A DNA stretch of 58,874 nucleotides from an uncultured Rhodothermaceae bacterium (lineage in GTDB: Bacteria; Bacteroidota; Rhodothermia; Rhodothermales; Bin80). The position numbers were made by a program, and so were the translations under genes. Under the pieces are notes generated by a model, which saw only the letters and a list, made by a program, of their open reading frames with translations, did not search any database and was not told where the DNA came from. The stretch covers positions 1 through 58,874 of the forward strand of contig CAZXEU010000089.1 in assembly GCA_964639665.1 (NCBI GenBank), in the 5' to 3' direction. Positions 32,483 through 42,119 of the stretch are shown piece after piece. How positions within the stretch are numbered: position 1 is the first letter of the stretch; the number at the start of each line of letters is the position of its first letter.

Positions 32483-34330
32483 ATGGAGAGGGCTTCCGTA
32501 CTGCTAGGATCTACCTGGCGCCAGGCCAGGCATCTTCTTTGGGCTCACCGCCGGAAGATGGTTCTCGGCCTCGTGCTTCTTGTTATTGGCAGGCTTTGCG
32601 GCTTTGTCCTTCCGGGCAGCTCGAAGTGGCTGATCGATGAGGTGATCGGGAACGGTCGCTTCGATCTTGTCATGCCGCTTGCCATCGCCGTGGCTGTCGC
32701 GGCACTGGTACAGGCCCTGACTTCGTATGCACTCTCGCAACTGATTGGTGTCGCGGCGCAACGAGCCATCATGGAGATGCGCAAGAGCATACACGCTCAC
32801 GTGCTACATCTGCCTGTCCGTTACTTCGATCGAAACAGGTCGGGAACGCTCATCTCCCGTATCATGTCGGATCCCGAGGGGATCCGGAATCTGGTAGGTA
32901 CCGGCGTGGTAATGCTCGCCGGAAGCCTGATTACGGCGGTGCTTGCATTCGGTGTGCTCATCTACCTGAGCTGGCAGATAACGCTGGTCACAATGGCCAT
33001 TGTGGGCAGCTTCAGCGCGGTGCTCGTCTATGCCTTTCGCAAGCTGCGGCCTGTATTCAGGCAGAGGCAGGCGGTTCAGGCCGAAGTATCGGGCCGGCTG
33101 GGAGAGGCCCTGTCCGGCATTCGAATAGTAAAAGTATACCACTCGGAGAGTCGGGAGGAGCGCATCTTCGCCGGTGGCGTGGAGCGCCTCTTTGATATGA
33201 TTGCCGCCGGCATACGGGGTATATCCGCAACGACGGCGCTCGCCACGGTCGCGGTGGGAGCCACCGGGGTCGTGCTGCTCCTCATGGGTACTTCTGCCAT
33301 CACCAGCGGGCAGATGACGCTGGGCGATCTGGTGATGTACATATTCCTGGTCGGCGTGCTGGTCATGCCGATTGCGCAGTTGGCCAGTATCGGCACACAG
33401 GTCACGGACGCCTTTGCAGGCCTTGATCGCATCCGCGAATTGCTGCGAGAAGCCAGAGAGTCCAGGAGCGAGGACACGGGCCGTCCGCTGCCGTCGTTGC
33501 GCGGGGACGTGGTGTTCGAGGATGTGCACTTCGAGTACGACGAAAACGTGCCTGTTCTCAGGGGCGTATCCCTGAAAGCCCGCGCAGGGACTACCACGGC
33601 CCTGGTGGGACCCAGCGGGTCGGGTAAATCGACACTGGTCAGTCTTCTACTCGGGTTCAATCACCCAACGGCAGGGCGAGTGCTACTGGATGGACACGAC
33701 AGCACAGAAGTGCGCCTGGCCGACCTGAGATCCCACCTCGGGGTAGTGCTGCAGGAGAACTTTCTGTTCGCCACGACCGTGGCAGACAACATCCGATATG
33801 CTCGTCCGGATGCCGGCGCGGATGAGGTCGAGCGAGCTGCCCGCATCGCCAATGCACACGTATTCATTTCCGGCTTTCCCGACGGATATGAGACGGTGGT
33901 GGGTGAGCGGGGCGTAAAGCTTTCGGGAGGGCAACGGCAGCGCATTGCCATAGCCCGGGCCATACTGGCCGACCCCCGGCTACTGATCCTGGACGAGGCT
34001 ACATCGAGTCTCGACAGCGAAAGCGAGGCGCTGATCCAGGAGGGGCTTCGCAACCTCAGGCGGGGCCGCACGACATTTGTCATCGCACACCGGTTGTCGA
34101 CGATCCGGAGCGCAGACCAGATCCTGGTCCTGGAGGAAGGCCGCATTGTTGAACGCGGTACCCACGACGAGCTGATGTCCCTCGGAGGCCGGTACAAGGA
34201 GTTGCATGACAGACAGTACAACTATGAGCGGAACATCTTCATGAATCCTGGAGAGGACTTTAGTCCGGAGCCCGCCCCTGCGGTCGCCCGGCCGACGCGC
34301 GGGCGCAGGAGAAGCATCTGGCAGGAGTAG
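32483..34330 (+). CDS. ABC transporter, fused permease/ATP-binding protein (MsbA/exporter type)
   Basis: Six-TM ABC_membrane domain followed by Walker [24 protein letters not shown] and LILDEATSSLD. The Arg-rich tail is not conserved. Confidence 0.88.
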   Translation: MERASVLLGSTWRQARHLLWAHRRKMVLGLVLLVIGRLCGFVLPGSSKWLIDEVIGNGRFDLVMPLAIAVAVAALVQALTSYALSQLIGVAAQRAIMEMRKSIHAHVLHLPVRYFDRNRSGTLISRIMSDPEGIRNLVGTGVVMLAGSLITAVLAFGVLIYLSWQITLVTMAIVGSFSAVLVYAFRKLRPVFRQRQAVQAEVSGRLGEALSGIRIVKVYHSESREERIFAGGVERLFDMIAAGIRGISATTALATVAVGATGVVLLLMGTSAITSGQMTLGDLVMYIFLVGVLVMPIAQLASIGTQVTDAFAGLDRIRELLREARESRSEDTGRPLPSLRGDVVFEDVHFEYDENVPVLRGVSLKARAGTTTALVGPSGSGKSTLVSLLLGFNHPTAGRVLLDGHDSTEVRLADLRSHLGVVLQENFLFATTVADNIRYARPDAGADEVERAARIANAHVFISGFPDGYETVVGERGVKLSGGQRQRIAIARAILADPRLLILDEATSSLDSESEALIQEGLRNLRRGRTTFVIAHRLSTIRSADQILVLEEGRIVERGTHDELMSLGGRYKELHDRQYNYERNIFMNPGEDFSPEPAPAVARPTRGRRRSIWQE

Positions 34331-35043
34331 AACTTGCCGCTACTCGCGCCTGCTTTCGCGGCTGCCGCCAACGCTTATGTTCGAGTCGCATGACCCCGGA
34401 CTTGGCCAAAGGAATGCAGCCAGGAAACCGGCACCGGTACGCCCGCCGTTTGGCGAATCCTTCGGCAAGTGTGGGCTGGTTCCGGCGGGCACGCAGTCTC
34501 GCCGGGCGTCAGAAGGGTTGCCCGTTCACTCCAAGCCAGATCAGGGCAACCTGCATGGCTGCGTGGAAAGAACGCACTAGCCTCGACTCGCCGCAAGATG
34601 TCGCGGCGTTCGGGTAACAGCACTAATTCCCCAGCGCCTACTTGATGCCCACGGGAATGGAGAGACGCTTGACGCCACCTGTGGATGCGTCAAGCGACTG
34701 CGTGTGCGGGACATTGCCGTTGCGGGCGGAATCTCGCACGTCGGCGAAGAAATGATACGCCAGCTTCATGCCAGGCAGAAAAGGCTCGCCAAGCCGTAGT
34801 CCACGCCGCCTTACACGTGCTGGGATATGCCCGAGCCATGCAAGTCGAATGCATACTGATTGTAAGTAGGGGAGCGAACTCCAGCACGGCAATTCGGTGG
34901 CGCAGGAATACGCGGGCTCGAAGTAGCTGCCCGATACGGCGGCGGTAGTTCGGGCCGCGGCTATACGCGCAAGGGCAAGCCTCACACTTGATAACAGTCC
35001 CCCTAAATCGTACCCTGTGGGCGCACCATAATTCAATGAAAGC

Positions 35044-36414
35044 ATGTTCAGGTCCGTAAATCTGCCTGCGGCCGCGATGCTGCTCTTGTGCCTGGCGGCC
35101 TGCGGCACGGATCCGCCGCCCAACGTGATAGTCATTTTTGCAGATGACCTCGGGTATGGTGATCTCGGAACTTTCGGACATCCTACCATCAGCACGCCAC
35201 ACATCGACGCGATGGCGGCGCAGGGGCTCAAGTTTACGCAGTTCTATACGGGTGCAGCGGTGTGCACACCGAGCCGGGCCGCGCTGCTTACCGGCAGGCT
35301 TCCCGTTCGGTCCGGCATGGCGAACAATGCAATTCGCGTCATTTTCCCGCCTTCCAAGGGCGGACTTCCGCAGGCCGAGCTAACCATGGCGGAAGCCTTG
35401 CGGGCGCGCGGATACGCGACGGCGATAATTGGCAAGTGGCATTTGGGCCACTTGCCGGAGCATCTGCCCACGCGTCACGGATTTGATTATTACTTCGGCA
35501 TTCCATACTCCAACGACATGTTTCCGGCGCCAGGCTACCGGGGCAGGAGAAGCGAATATCCGCCGCTTCCTCTCATGCGGGGCGAGGAGATTATCGAAAC
35601 CGATCCTGACCAGCGCCTGCTGACCCGGCAGTATACCCTGGAAGCCCTGCGCTTCGTGCGCGAAAACCGGGATCGTCCCTTTTTCATCTACCTGCCCCAC
35701 ACCTTCCCGCATGTACCGATCTTTGCTTCCGACATGTTCGAAGGCAAGAGCGCGCGGGGCCTGTATGGAGATGTAATCGAGGAACTGGACTGGAGCACGG
35801 GGCAAATCCTTCAGGAGCTTCGTGAACTGAATCTGGACCGGAATACACTGGTCGTTTTTACCAGCGACAACGGTCCCTGGCTGACGGAAGGCCTTGAAGG
35901 CGGCTCCGCCGGATTGTTGCATGACGGCAAGGGCACAACATGGGAAGGAGGCATGCGCGTGCCCATGGTTGCATGGTGGCCGGACGTGATCGAAGCCGGC
36001 AGGACTACCGATGCATTGGCCACGACCATGGATCTGTATGCTACAGCCCTATCCATGGCGGGTGCGGAAGTCCCCGCGGATCGCGTGGTTGACGGAGTTG
36101 ATCTGTTGCCGGTATTCAGGAATCCCGAGGCCGATGTCCGTGAAACGGTGTTTTTCTATCGGGGCGAGCGCCTGTTCGCCGTCAGGAAGGGCGCCTGGAA
36201 GCTGCACTTTGTAACCCAGTCCGCCTATGTCGGGGACTCTCCAGTGGTACATGACCCCCCGGCGCTCTATCATCTGGACCACGATCCTTCCGAGCGATTC
36301 AACGTAGCAGCGCAGAATCCCTACGTGATTCTGGACATACTGGATGCGGTTGCGGAGCATGAAGCGGCACTTGTTCGGGCGCCTACGCAACTGGATATTC
36401 CGGAATGGCAGTGA
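35044..36414 (+). CDS. Cys-type arylsulfatase (sulfatase family)
   Basis: Lipoprotein-like signal LLLCLAAC. NVIVIFADDLGYGDLG and the formylglycine motif CTPSRAALLTGR are present, along with GKWHLG. Confidence 0.9.
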   Translation: MFRSVNLPAAAMLLLCLAACGTDPPPNVIVIFADDLGYGDLGTFGHPTISTPHIDAMAAQGLKFTQFYTGAAVCTPSRAALLTGRLPVRSGMANNAIRVIFPPSKGGLPQAELTMAEALRARGYATAIIGKWHLGHLPEHLPTRHGFDYYFGIPYSNDMFPAPGYRGRRSEYPPLPLMRGEEIIETDPDQRLLTRQYTLEALRFVRENRDRPFFIYLPHTFPHVPIFASDMFEGKSARGLYGDVIEELDWSTGQILQELRELNLDRNTLVVFTSDNGPWLTEGLEGGSAGLLHDGKGTTWEGGMRVPMVAWWPDVIEAGRTTDALATTMDLYATALSMAGAEVPADRVVDGVDLLPVFRNPEADVRETVFFYRGERLFAVRKGAWKLHFVTQSAYVGDSPVVHDPPALYHLDHDPSERFNVAAQNPYVILDILDAVAEHEAALVRAPTQLDIPEWQ

Positions 36415-36512
36415 TTATGCCGGCGCGGCCTGTACTCCGACCCCGGGCCGCTCCGCCCCATTTGCCTGCAGATAAAGGAGCGGCGCCACGGATGCACGAG
36501 ACACCTCGAATC

Positions 36513-37406
36513 ATGCGGTTATCCTGGCGCTGGCTGACGGCTCTCGGACTGCTCTACCTGAATCTTTCGGGGTGCCAAATGCCAGGCAGTCGCACCGACA
36601 TCGGCTCCGCGGAGGTCCCGGAGGGAATGGTCCTGGTTCCCGGGGGGCGATCGGTAATCGGCTCAGACGACGGACCGCCGCATGAGCGTCCACCATTCAA
36701 GGCGAGAGTGGAACCTTTTTTCATGGATATCCATCCCGTGACGGTGGCCCAGTTTGCCGCTTTTGTTGAGGCTACGGGATTTGTGACGGAAGCAGAACGC
36801 TTTGGCAATGCCGGCATTCTGGACTACGAAACCCGGCAGTGGCGGTTGATAGACGAGGCAACCTGGCGGCGCCCGCTTGGACCAGATGCGGAAGCTGCTG
36901 CGGGAGATCATCCTGTAACACAGGTGTCCTGGAATGACGCGGTTGCCTACGCAGAATGGGCCGGCAAGCGCCTGCCGACGGAAGTCGAATGGGAGCACGC
37001 CGCACGGGGAGCCAGCGGGTCTGCCTGGCCGTACGCCTGGGGAGACAATCTGGTGGACGGCGGTGCCTACAGGGCCAATGTGTGGAATGGTGTCTTTCCG
37101 GTTGCCAACTCCGGCGAAGACGGCTATATGTACACCTCTCCGGTAGGTGAATACGGGGCGACATCCCTTGGCCTCGTGGACATGGGTGGCAACGTCTGGG
37201 AATGGACCGCAGATTGGTACCGGCCCTATGCGGAGCAGGATCGTCCCTATGTGGCAACGCCGCAGAGCGAAAAGGCTCAGCGTGGCGGCAGTTTCCTGTG
37301 TGAACCCGGGTGGTGCCACGGATACCGCGTGTCCGGACGCAGCCACTCCACGCCCGAAACCTCACTCTTCCACGTGGGATTCCGGTGCGTTAGGGACATT
37401 GACTAG
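36513..37406 (+). CDS. formylglycine-generating enzyme family protein (SUMF1/FGE-sulfatase domain)
   Basis: Lipobox YLNLSGC. Motifs are HPVTVAQFAAFVEATG, HPVTQVSWNDAVAYAEWAGKRLPTEVEWEHAARG, GNVWEWTADWY and RGGSFLC...GFRCVRD. An upstream in-frame ATG at 36405 overlaps the sulfatase stop (ATGGCAGTGA), so the true start could be 36405. Confidence 0.88.
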   Translation: MRLSWRWLTALGLLYLNLSGCQMPGSRTDIGSAEVPEGMVLVPGGRSVIGSDDGPPHERPPFKARVEPFFMDIHPVTVAQFAAFVEATGFVTEAERFGNAGILDYETRQWRLIDEATWRRPLGPDAEAAAGDHPVTQVSWNDAVAYAEWAGKRLPTEVEWEHAARGASGSAWPYAWGDNLVDGGAYRANVWNGVFPVANSGEDGYMYTSPVGEYGATSLGLVDMGGNVWEWTADWYRPYAEQDRPYVATPQSEKAQRGGSFLCEPGWCHGYRVSGRSHSTPETSLFHVGFRCVRDID

Positions 37407-37464
37407 CGCCCAGGCGCGGCGTAACGTCCCGGCCCGTAAATTGCCGGCCCAGATCCACACAGAA

Positions 37465-38025
37465 TCAGCGATCCAGGAGTCCGTCGACGGCGCGCGCGGC
37501 TTGCTGCAGGCGTTGCTCAATGGTCCCGGAAACCAGATGGTACGGAAGCTTGCGCCGGTGCAGGTCCGCGATAAGCCTGGTATGCACGGCTGACCGAACG
37601 TGGGGTCCATCGCGCTGTCCGGGATCTTCCACCCACGGTATGTCCGTGTTTGCTACCAGGTACAAATCCGCTGCGCGCTCAGCTGATGCCTTGCTCAGCC
37701 ATTCGGGGCAGGACCCGAAATAGAACGCCTGGTAGATGCACGTGAGAATAAGATCGGTGTCCAGGAACAGGACCCGACTCGCCTTGCGGGCAAGCTTCCG
37801 CTCCTGGGCCAGATGTCCTCTGGCGATGCTCCATGCGTCGCCTTCCTCTGGAGCCGCCTTCTTCTGGTCCACGAAGACGCGTAGGTATTCCGGCGCCCAC
37901 ACCGTGGCATAGTGCCGGGCGAGCCGTCGCGCCAGCGTTGTCTTGCCGGTGGACTCTGCGCCCGTTACCACGACGCGACTGATGCCGGGTTCAATCCCGG
38001 GCAGGCTTGGTGGCTTGTCCATCAT
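37465..38025 (-). CDS. AAA_28 / NadR-C-terminal-like ATPase (ribosylnicotinamide-kinase-like), stand-alone
   Basis: The P-loop is VVVTGAESTGKTTLARRLA. ...VWAPEYLR..., LFLDTDLILTCIY and ADLYLVANTDIPWVEDPGQRDG follow the NadR RNK-domain pattern. No NMN adenylyltransferase domain is present. Confidence 0.7.
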   Translation of the reverse strand: MMDKPPSLPGIEPGISRVVVTGAESTGKTTLARRLARHYATVWAPEYLRVFVDQKKAAPEEGDAWSIARGHLAQERKLARKASRVLFLDTDLILTCIYQAFYFGSCPEWLSKASAERAADLYLVANTDIPWVEDPGQRDGPHVRSAVHTRLIADLHRRKLPYHLVSGTIEQRLQQAARAVDGLLDR

Positions 38026-38209
38026 AGTGCAGGCACTCTTGCTGCCGCGCGTCCGGATTGACCCCGGGTGCGGTTGCCAAACCTCTTGGTAGCAGATCTC
38101 CGGCTCTTGCCTGCCGATCACCGGCCTGCGGCGCCGCAGGCGGCCTACCTGCAGGAGGCAGCTGGACGTGCGGCGTTTGTTTTGTGCCTATTGTCCCGCG
38201 TGTCCGGGC

Positions 38210-38755
38210 TTACGGCCAAAGCCAGCCGAATACGCCGGCCGTCAGCAACGCATACACAAACCCGTCTACCGCGAATTTCAGCGCAAACGCCCAGGAAAAG
38301 CCGTACCAGATGCTGAAAGTCGCCAGCGCGCCCGCGTAGGCCAAAAGCGCCGAGGTGCCGACCACCCGAAACACCGTCAGGTAATCCGCGCCAGCGGGAA
38401 GAGCGGAGCTGGCCAAGTACGCAACGAAAACCGTCAGCACTAGGATGTGTACAAAATGCAGCCCTAGACGGCGCGTCATGTCCGGGGAACTCTTGCCCAC
38501 CAGCAAGAATCCTGCGGGTCCTGCCGCCAGTTTGGCCTCGTAGGCTTTTGGACCACCTTCGTCCATTTCGGGAAACGCGTATTGTCCGCGTGCCAGGTTC
38601 AATTCGCGGACCACGGCGCGAAACTTGTCCTCCTGCGGTATGCCCCGGAAATCCGTTCGGTGGTAGGGAAGCACCATGTACAGGATGAATCCGGCTCCGA
38701 AGACAACAAGCGAAGCAACCAGGACGGGCAGCCAGAGAGCAATCAGGTTGGGCAT
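38210..38755 (-). CDS. hypothetical 4-TM membrane protein
   Basis: 181 aa from MPNLIALWLPVLVASLVVFGAGFILYMV. A GGAGGA Shine-Dalgarno-like sequence lies about 10 nt upstream of this ATG. Four hydrophobic helices are present. I recognise no family. Confidence 0.6.
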   Translation of the reverse strand: MPNLIALWLPVLVASLVVFGAGFILYMVLPYHRTDFRGIPQEDKFRAVVRELNLARGQYAFPEMDEGGPKAYEAKLAAGPAGFLLVGKSSPDMTRRLGLHFVHILVLTVFVAYLASSALPAGADYLTVFRVVGTSALLAYAGALATFSIWYGFSWAFALKFAVDGFVYALLTAGVFGWLWP

Positions 38756-39129
38756 GGCTTCATTTTCCTCCATTGAGTATATGGCATCAAGCTACGAGAT
38801 TTAGTCGCGCGGAGCCATGCGGATGAGCGGATGCCTTTGCGTTTCTTCATGATATCCGTCTTCTGCTCCTTCCACTCAGCGATCTGCCGGTCGCGGCTTG
38901 CACGGTGCCGCACTGCCAACTGGCAAGTGACCTGGTGCTGCCGAGCGGGCACGCAGCACGACGCCGAAGCGAATCCGGGTCAGACCTGCCCTCAGGGTCC
39001 GCGTGCCGGGAGTCTGTCGTTGCAACGACCGGTGGCAAGTCCTCCACACGAATGCGTCCCCGGAAGCGTACCTTCTGCCTCCCTGCCCGCGTGGGGGACC
39101 GCGCGCGTGCCGATTCGTTTGCAACCGTG

Positions 39130-41217
39130 ATGCTGGATAGCGATGTCACATATATAAAGGGCATCGGGCCGCGCAAGAGTGCCGTACTCGCCGAGCACGA
39201 CATCAAGACGTGCCTCGACCTGCTGCACTACTTCCCGCGCCGGTATCTGGACCGCACTACCGTCGCAACCATTCGCGGGGTACGGGCAAACGCGGAGGCG
39301 GCAACCGTAATCGGTACCGTCAGGGTAAGGGATATTGTACGCCATGGCCGAAGACCCCGCCTCGAAGTCATTATCGAGGATGCGGATGGAGAGCGCCTCA
39401 AAGGCGTCTGGTTTCACGGGTTGGACTGGATTGCCAAGGCACTGCGCATAGGAGACCGCGTGGCGTTTTATGCGAAGGTTCAGCGCTACGGTGGCATGAA
39501 AAGCATGACGCATCCAGACTTTGACAACCTCGATGCCGACGGTCCAGCCCTCGACACGGGACGCATTCTATCGCTGTACAGGGGCAGTACGAAGCTTCAG
39601 CGCGCTGGCATAACGAGCCGCACCCTGCGCCGAACCATTTACGAGCTGTTCAGAAGCAGGGGCAAGGAACTGTCGGACAACCTGCCGGCATGGATTCGCG
39701 AGGACCATAAACTGATGGACGGGCGCGTGGCGCTTCGAGCCATTCACTTCCCGAAAAGCCATGAGGAACTCGGCCGGGCGCGGCATCGCCTGAAATTCGA
39801 GGAGTTCTTCTTCCTGCAACTGATGCTGGCAATAAACCGGCAGCGGTTGCGCAAGCGAGAGGGCACGCTTCTCAGCGGTCCGGGAGAGACCTATAGAAGG
39901 TTCCTTGAGGAAGTGCTGCCGTTTTCCTTGACCAGGGGGCAGGAAGAAGCGCTTGCGGCCGTGATTGCCGATACCGGTTCCGGTTTGCAGATGAATCGCC
40001 TGATCCAGGGAGATGTAGGCTGCGGCAAGACGGTCGTGGCCGTTGCCGCGCTGCTTCTGGCCGTTGACAACGGCTACCAGGGAGCCTTCATGGCCCCGAC
40101 CGAAATACTGGCGGAGCAGCACTACAGCAACCTGCGGAGGTACTTCGAGCCTCTGTCGGTAGAGATGCGGCTACTCGTCGGCAAGCAGCGAAAAAAGCAG
40201 CGGCAAGCAATTCTCGCGGATATTGCAGGGGGCCGGGCGCAAGTAGTTGTAGGCACGCATGCCGTGATACAGGAAGGGGTAGCATTCAGTAACCTGGCCA
40301 TGGCGGTCGTGGACGAGCAGCACCGATTCGGCGTCTTGCAGAGGGCCGGGCTCTATGCCAAGGGAAGCCGGACGCATATGCTCCTGATGACGGCAACACC
40401 CATTCCAAGGTCGCTGGCCTTGACCGTTTACGGCGATCTGGATGTGACGGCGATACGGGATATTCCGGCTGGTCGCAGGACCGTCCGCACCAGGCTCTGT
40501 AACGAGCGGCAGCGACCGGACATGATGGCCCTTCTAAGGCGCGAGCTGGAGGCCGGTCACCAGGCGTACGTCGTGTATCCGCTGGTCGAGGAGAGCGGCA
40601 AGCTGGATCTGAAGGACGCCGAAAGCGGATTGGAATCCCTGCGCAAGGAATTGCCGGACTTTGCGGTGGAACTGGTCCACGGCAGAATGCGACGCGCCGA
40701 GAAAGAGGCCGTCATGGAGCGTTTCAAACTTGGCCAGATCGCTGTCCTGGTGGCGACCACGGTGATCGAGGTTGGCGTAGATATTCCTCTGGCAACGGTG
40801 ATGGTTATCGAACATGCCGAGCGCTTCGGGCTATCCCAATTGCACCAGATGCGCGGGCGCGTCGGCAGAGGCCCGGACCAGTCGTACTGCGTACTCATGG
40901 CGGACTACAGACGCACCAGAGAAGCCGAACAGCGCCTGACGGCCATGCTCCAGACGACGGACGGATTCGAAATCAGTGAAAGGGACATGAAGCTGCGGGG
41001 AGCGGGGGACATTGTCGGCACGCGGCAGAGCGGACTTCCCGAGTTCAAGATTGCTGATATTGTTGAGGACCAGGAGATCCTGCAGGCGGCACGGAGAGCT
41101 GCGACGGACCTTGTACGGCGCGACGGGACCCTTCGAGCTCCGGAACATGCCGGCCTCAGGCGTTACTACCTGGATCACTACAGCAAGGGCGAAGGTTCGT
41201 TCTTTCGCATCGGTTGA
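39130..41217 (+). CDS. recG: ATP-dependent DNA helicase RecG
   Basis: MLDSDVTYIKGIGPRKSAVLAEHDIKTCLDLLHYFPRRY is a RecG wedge-domain start. Helicase motifs are GDVGCGKT, DEQHRFG, MTATPIPRSL, TTVIEVGVDIP and QLHQMRGRVGRG. The ORF-track start at 38905 adds 75 non-conserved residues and was rejected. Confidence 0.93.
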   Translation: MLDSDVTYIKGIGPRKSAVLAEHDIKTCLDLLHYFPRRYLDRTTVATIRGVRANAEAATVIGTVRVRDIVRHGRRPRLEVIIEDADGERLKGVWFHGLDWIAKALRIGDRVAFYAKVQRYGGMKSMTHPDFDNLDADGPALDTGRILSLYRGSTKLQRAGITSRTLRRTIYELFRSRGKELSDNLPAWIREDHKLMDGRVALRAIHFPKSHEELGRARHRLKFEEFFFLQLMLAINRQRLRKREGTLLSGPGETYRRFLEEVLPFSLTRGQEEALAAVIADTGSGLQMNRLIQGDVGCGKTVVAVAALLLAVDNGYQGAFMAPTEILAEQHYSNLRRYFEPLSVEMRLLVGKQRKKQRQAILADIAGGRAQVVVGTHAVIQEGVAFSNLAMAVVDEQHRFGVLQRAGLYAKGSRTHMLLMTATPIPRSLALTVYGDLDVTAIRDIPAGRRTVRTRLCNERQRPDMMALLRRELEAGHQAYVVYPLVEESGKLDLKDAESGLESLRKELPDFAVELVHGRMRRAEKEAVMERFKLGQIAVLVATTVIEVGVDIPLATVMVIEHAERFGLSQLHQMRGRVGRGPDQSYCVLMADYRRTREAEQRLTAMLQTTDGFEISERDMKLRGAGDIVGTRQSGLPEFKIADIVEDQEILQAARRAATDLVRRDGTLRAPEHAGLRRYYLDHYSKGEGSFFRIG

Positions 41218-41223
41218 CGCTTC

Positions 41224-42102
41224 ATGAAGGAATACCTGGACATATTCGTATCCGGCTACACGTCGTATGCACGCTATCTGTGGGACGAAATAACGCGACC
41301 CCACTGGCAAAACTACCTGTACTGGCTAATCGGGATTTCCCTGCTCTTCTTTCTGATTGAGATCTTCGCGCCGTGGCGGAAGGACCAGAAGAAATTTCGC
41401 AAGGACTTCTGGCTGGATCTCTTCTACGTGTTTTTCAACTTCTTCCTTTTCTCGCTCGTCATTTACAATGCTGCCTCGGATGTGGTCGTGACGCTCTTCA
41501 ACAACCTGTTGGCAAGCGTCGGCATCACAAACCTGGTTTCCATCGAGGTATCGTCCTGGCCGGTATGGGTGCAGCTGCTCCTGCTATTCGTTCTGCGGGA
41601 CTTCATTCACTGGAACGTGCACAGGCTGCTGCACAGGATTCCCTTCCTGTGGGAGTTTCACAAGGTCCATCATTCGGTAGAGGAGCTGGGCTTTGCTGCT
41701 CATCTGCGATTCCACTGGATGGAGAACGTGGTGTACCAGGCGCTGCAGTACGTTCCGCTGGCTATGATCGGTTTCGGCATCGATGACTACTTCGTGGCCT
41801 ACATGGCGGCGCTGGCCATCGGGCACTTCAATCATTCGAACATCACCGTGCCGCTGGGTCCGTTGCGCTATCTCCTCAACAATCCGCAGATGCATATTTG
41901 GCACCATGCGGCAGACTGGCCCGAAGGGCATCCGCACGGAATCAATTTCGGGCTAAGCCTCAGTCTATGGGACTACCTCTTTGGAACGGCGGTCATCCCG
42001 CATGATGGACGCGACATCAAGCTCGGATTCCCAGGCTCGGAGCGCTTTCCGACGACGTTCATCTCGCAGAACCTGCATGGCTTCAGGAAACCTAAACCGT
42101 AG
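41224..42102 (+). CDS. sterol desaturase / fatty-acid hydroxylase family membrane protein
   Basis: His boxes HWNVHRLLH, HKVHH and IWHHA sit in a 4-TM protein. The gene starts 7 nt after recG. Confidence 0.8.
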   Translation: MKEYLDIFVSGYTSYARYLWDEITRPHWQNYLYWLIGISLLFFLIEIFAPWRKDQKKFRKDFWLDLFYVFFNFFLFSLVIYNAASDVVVTLFNNLLASVGITNLVSIEVSSWPVWVQLLLLFVLRDFIHWNVHRLLHRIPFLWEFHKVHHSVEELGFAAHLRFHWMENVVYQALQYVPLAMIGFGIDDYFVAYMAALAIGHFNHSNITVPLGPLRYLLNNPQMHIWHHAADWPEGHPHGINFGLSLSLWDYLFGTAVIPHDGRDIKLGFPGSERFPTTFISQNLHGFRKPKP

Positions 42103-42119
42103 CCTACGCTCGCGCCGCG

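Noticed and set aside
34638-35231. 197-aa minus-strand ORF in the exporter-sulfatase spacer; its C-terminal part looked vaguely like an outer-membrane beta-barrel
   Set aside because: It overlaps the sulfatase N-terminus, has atypical A/T-ending codons, no signal peptide at a usable start, and no terminal aromatic or family motif. It is kept only as part of the ORF-poor-region finding.
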